Positions 62,749-64,000 of a DNA stretch of 64,000 nt are shown piece after piece. Numbering within the stretch: the stretch's first letter is position 1; each line of letters opens with the position of its first letter. The notes under the pieces were generated by a model. The model had not been told where the DNA came from. It did no database searches and saw only the letters and a list, made by a program, of their open reading frames with translations. Source of the stretch: an uncultured Candidatus Saccharibacteria bacterium (GTDB lineage Bacteria; Patescibacteriota; Minisyncoccia; Minisyncoccales; Staskawiczbacteraceae); assembly GCA_964424305.1 (NCBI GenBank), contig CAYRHW010000001.1:71947-135946 (forward strand). The letters run 5' to 3'. The position numbers and the translations under genes are program-made.

Positions 62749-63342
62749 ATGCCAATAGTACCAACTATTGTAGAGAAATCGCAACGTGGTGAGCGTGTCT
62801 ATGATATATTCTCTCGATTATTAGAGGAGAGGATAATTTTTCTTGCAGGCCAGATCACAGATGCTAACGCAAATGTGGTAATCGCTCAAATATTGTATTT
62901 GGCCTCAAGAGATGCAAAAAGAGATATTAAGATCTATATAAACAGTCCAGGAGGATCTGTTACAGCAGGTTTGGCCATTTACGATACTATGCAGTACGTA
63001 AAATGTCCTGTCTCCACTATTTGCGTTGGCCTAACGGGGTCAATGGCAGCTATACTTTTAGCTGCAGGCACAAAAGGAAAGCGCTTTGCATTGCCTAGCG
63101 CCGAAATTATGTTGCACCAAGTAGCGGGAGGAGTAAGCGGCCAGGCAAGCGAGATAGAAATTACTGCGAAACAGATAATGAAGTTGAAAGCGAGACTAAA
63201 CAAGATCTTAGTGCATCATACTGGTCAGCCAGTATCAAAGATAGAAACTGATACTGACAGGGATTATTATCTTACTGCAGAAGAAGCCAAGCAGTATGGT
63301 TTAATAGATGATGTTATAGGGACAAAGGAAAAGATAGACTAG
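62749..63342 (+). CDS. clpP: ATP-dependent Clp protease proteolytic subunit
   Basis: [24 protein letters not shown]; catalytic Ser in GSMAA and His in MLHQ. Confidence 0.97.
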   Translation: MPIVPTIVEKSQRGERVYDIFSRLLEERIIFLAGQITDANANVVIAQILYLASRDAKRDIKIYINSPGGSVTAGLAIYDTMQYVKCPVSTICVGLTGSMAAILLAAGTKGKRFALPSAEIMLHQVAGGVSGQASEIEITAKQIMKLKARLNKILVHHTGQPVSKIETDTDRDYYLTAEEAKQYGLIDDVIGTKEKID

Positions 63343-63381
63343 TCCCATTCTTTTTCGTAATTCATAGACGCTAAAGTTAAG

Positions 63382-63403
63382 CTCACCCCGCTGGTGGGTT
63401 TTT
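63382..63403 (+). terminator. Rho-independent terminator after clpP
   Basis: CTCACC-CCGCT-GGTGGG followed by TTTTTG. Confidence 0.6.
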
Positions 63404-63477
63404 GTTGTTTAGGTGCTAGGGGCAAGATATTAGAATTGATATCTTGCCCGTAGAACTTAATTAATAAAAGAAAAATT

Positions 63478-64000
63478 ATGGATTTAATAATATCAATCGT
63501 ATTAGCAATCGTCGCCCTAGCCATAGGCGCGATTATAGGGTACTTGGCGCGTCAGTCCATCGTTAAAAAAAGAGCAGGAAATATAGAGACAAAGCTTCAT
63601 CAAAAAATGGAGCAAGTTAAGTCAGAAAGTGCAGCTATTTTAAAAAATGCTCAAGAAAAAGCATTTAATCTAACATCAAAAACGGAGAAAGAAATTGACG
63701 AAAGAAGGAGAGATTTCCTTAAGTCCCAACAGATACTATTAGAAAGAGAAAATCTTTTGGATAAAAAGATGTCTTCTTTTGATGTAAAAGAGGAAGAGTT
63801 CCACCAGAAAGCCGAAAAATTAAAGGAGATAAAAGAGAGTCTAGAAAACTTGAGGAAAGAGGCAGAAGAAAAATTGGAGAAGGTGGCCAGTTTATCGCGG
63901 GATGATGCGAAAAAGGAGCTGTTGGCTTTAGTCGAGATAGAGAGCCAAAGAGAGCTTTTAGAAAAAGAAAGAAAGTTAAAAGAGGCCGGCATAGAGAAGT
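63478..64000 (+). CDS. rny: Ribonuclease Y, N-terminal part (runs off window end; absent from ORF track)
   Basis: MDLIISIVLAIVALAIGAIIGYLARQS (N-terminal TM) followed by a long coiled coil, ...LSRDDAKKELLALVE. Matches RNase Y N-terminal organisation. Confidence 0.85.
   Translation, partial: MDLIISIVLAIVALAIGAIIGYLARQSIVKKRAGNIETKLHQKMEQVKSESAAILKNAQEKAFNLTSKTEKEIDERRRDFLKSQQILLERENLLDKKMSSFDVKEEEFHQKAEKLKEIKESLENLRKEAEEKLEKVASLSRDDAKKELLALVEIESQRELLEKERKLKEAGIEK

Noticed and set aside
63339-63524. 61-aa minus-strand ORF between clpP and rny
   Set aside because: It covers the clpP terminator, the 11-bp hairpin and the rny start codon region on the opposite strand.
1-64000. CRISPR arrays, rRNA genes, transposase/IS elements, toxin-antitoxin pairs and restriction-modification genes
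   Set aside because: I looked for regularly spaced direct repeats, rRNA-like conserved blocks, DDE/transposase motifs and small paired ORFs and found none convincing. The only mobile-element signature is the serine-recombinase element.

Overview
Low-GC (about 35-38% in hand-counted lines) bacterial chromosome segment around the replication origin (dnaN-dnaA, rpmH-rnpA-yidC-jag). The small, tightly packed genes and DUF5671-type proteins suggest a reduced-genome, CPR/Patescibacteria-like organism; this is inference. Housekeeping genes: ruvB, yebC, ruvC, PBP1A, pnp, rpsO, rsmA, cca, nagB, a csoR-copA copper operon, nusA, hppA, tig, clpP, the rny 5' end and four tRNAs. Notable accessory content follows. 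(1) A ~13.6-kb element with a large serine recombinase splits a ComEA-HhH/lamin-tail-domain gene at an 8-bp core repeat, and excision would rejoin the gene in frame. It carries a riboswitch-like structured leader, a secreted protein with five Cys-rich tandem repeats, SpoVG, a RepA-like ATPase next to iteron-like repeats, and two unannotated paralogous 56-aa ORFs. (2) A Gram-positive-style T4SS/pilus-like locus (VirB6-like, PrgI/VirB3-like, VirB4) is followed by three proteins that fuse a VirB2/TrbC-like pilin module to large extracellular domains, one with about 68 cysteines. (3) A GC-rich SPFH-domain gene with a perfect consensus promoter sits inside that locus on the opposite strand. (4) A complete T-box riboswitch cassette controls an uncharacterised 282-aa protein of atypical composition. 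RNA and regulatory coordinates were counted by hand (+/- 2 nt). All homology calls come from motif recognition, not searches.
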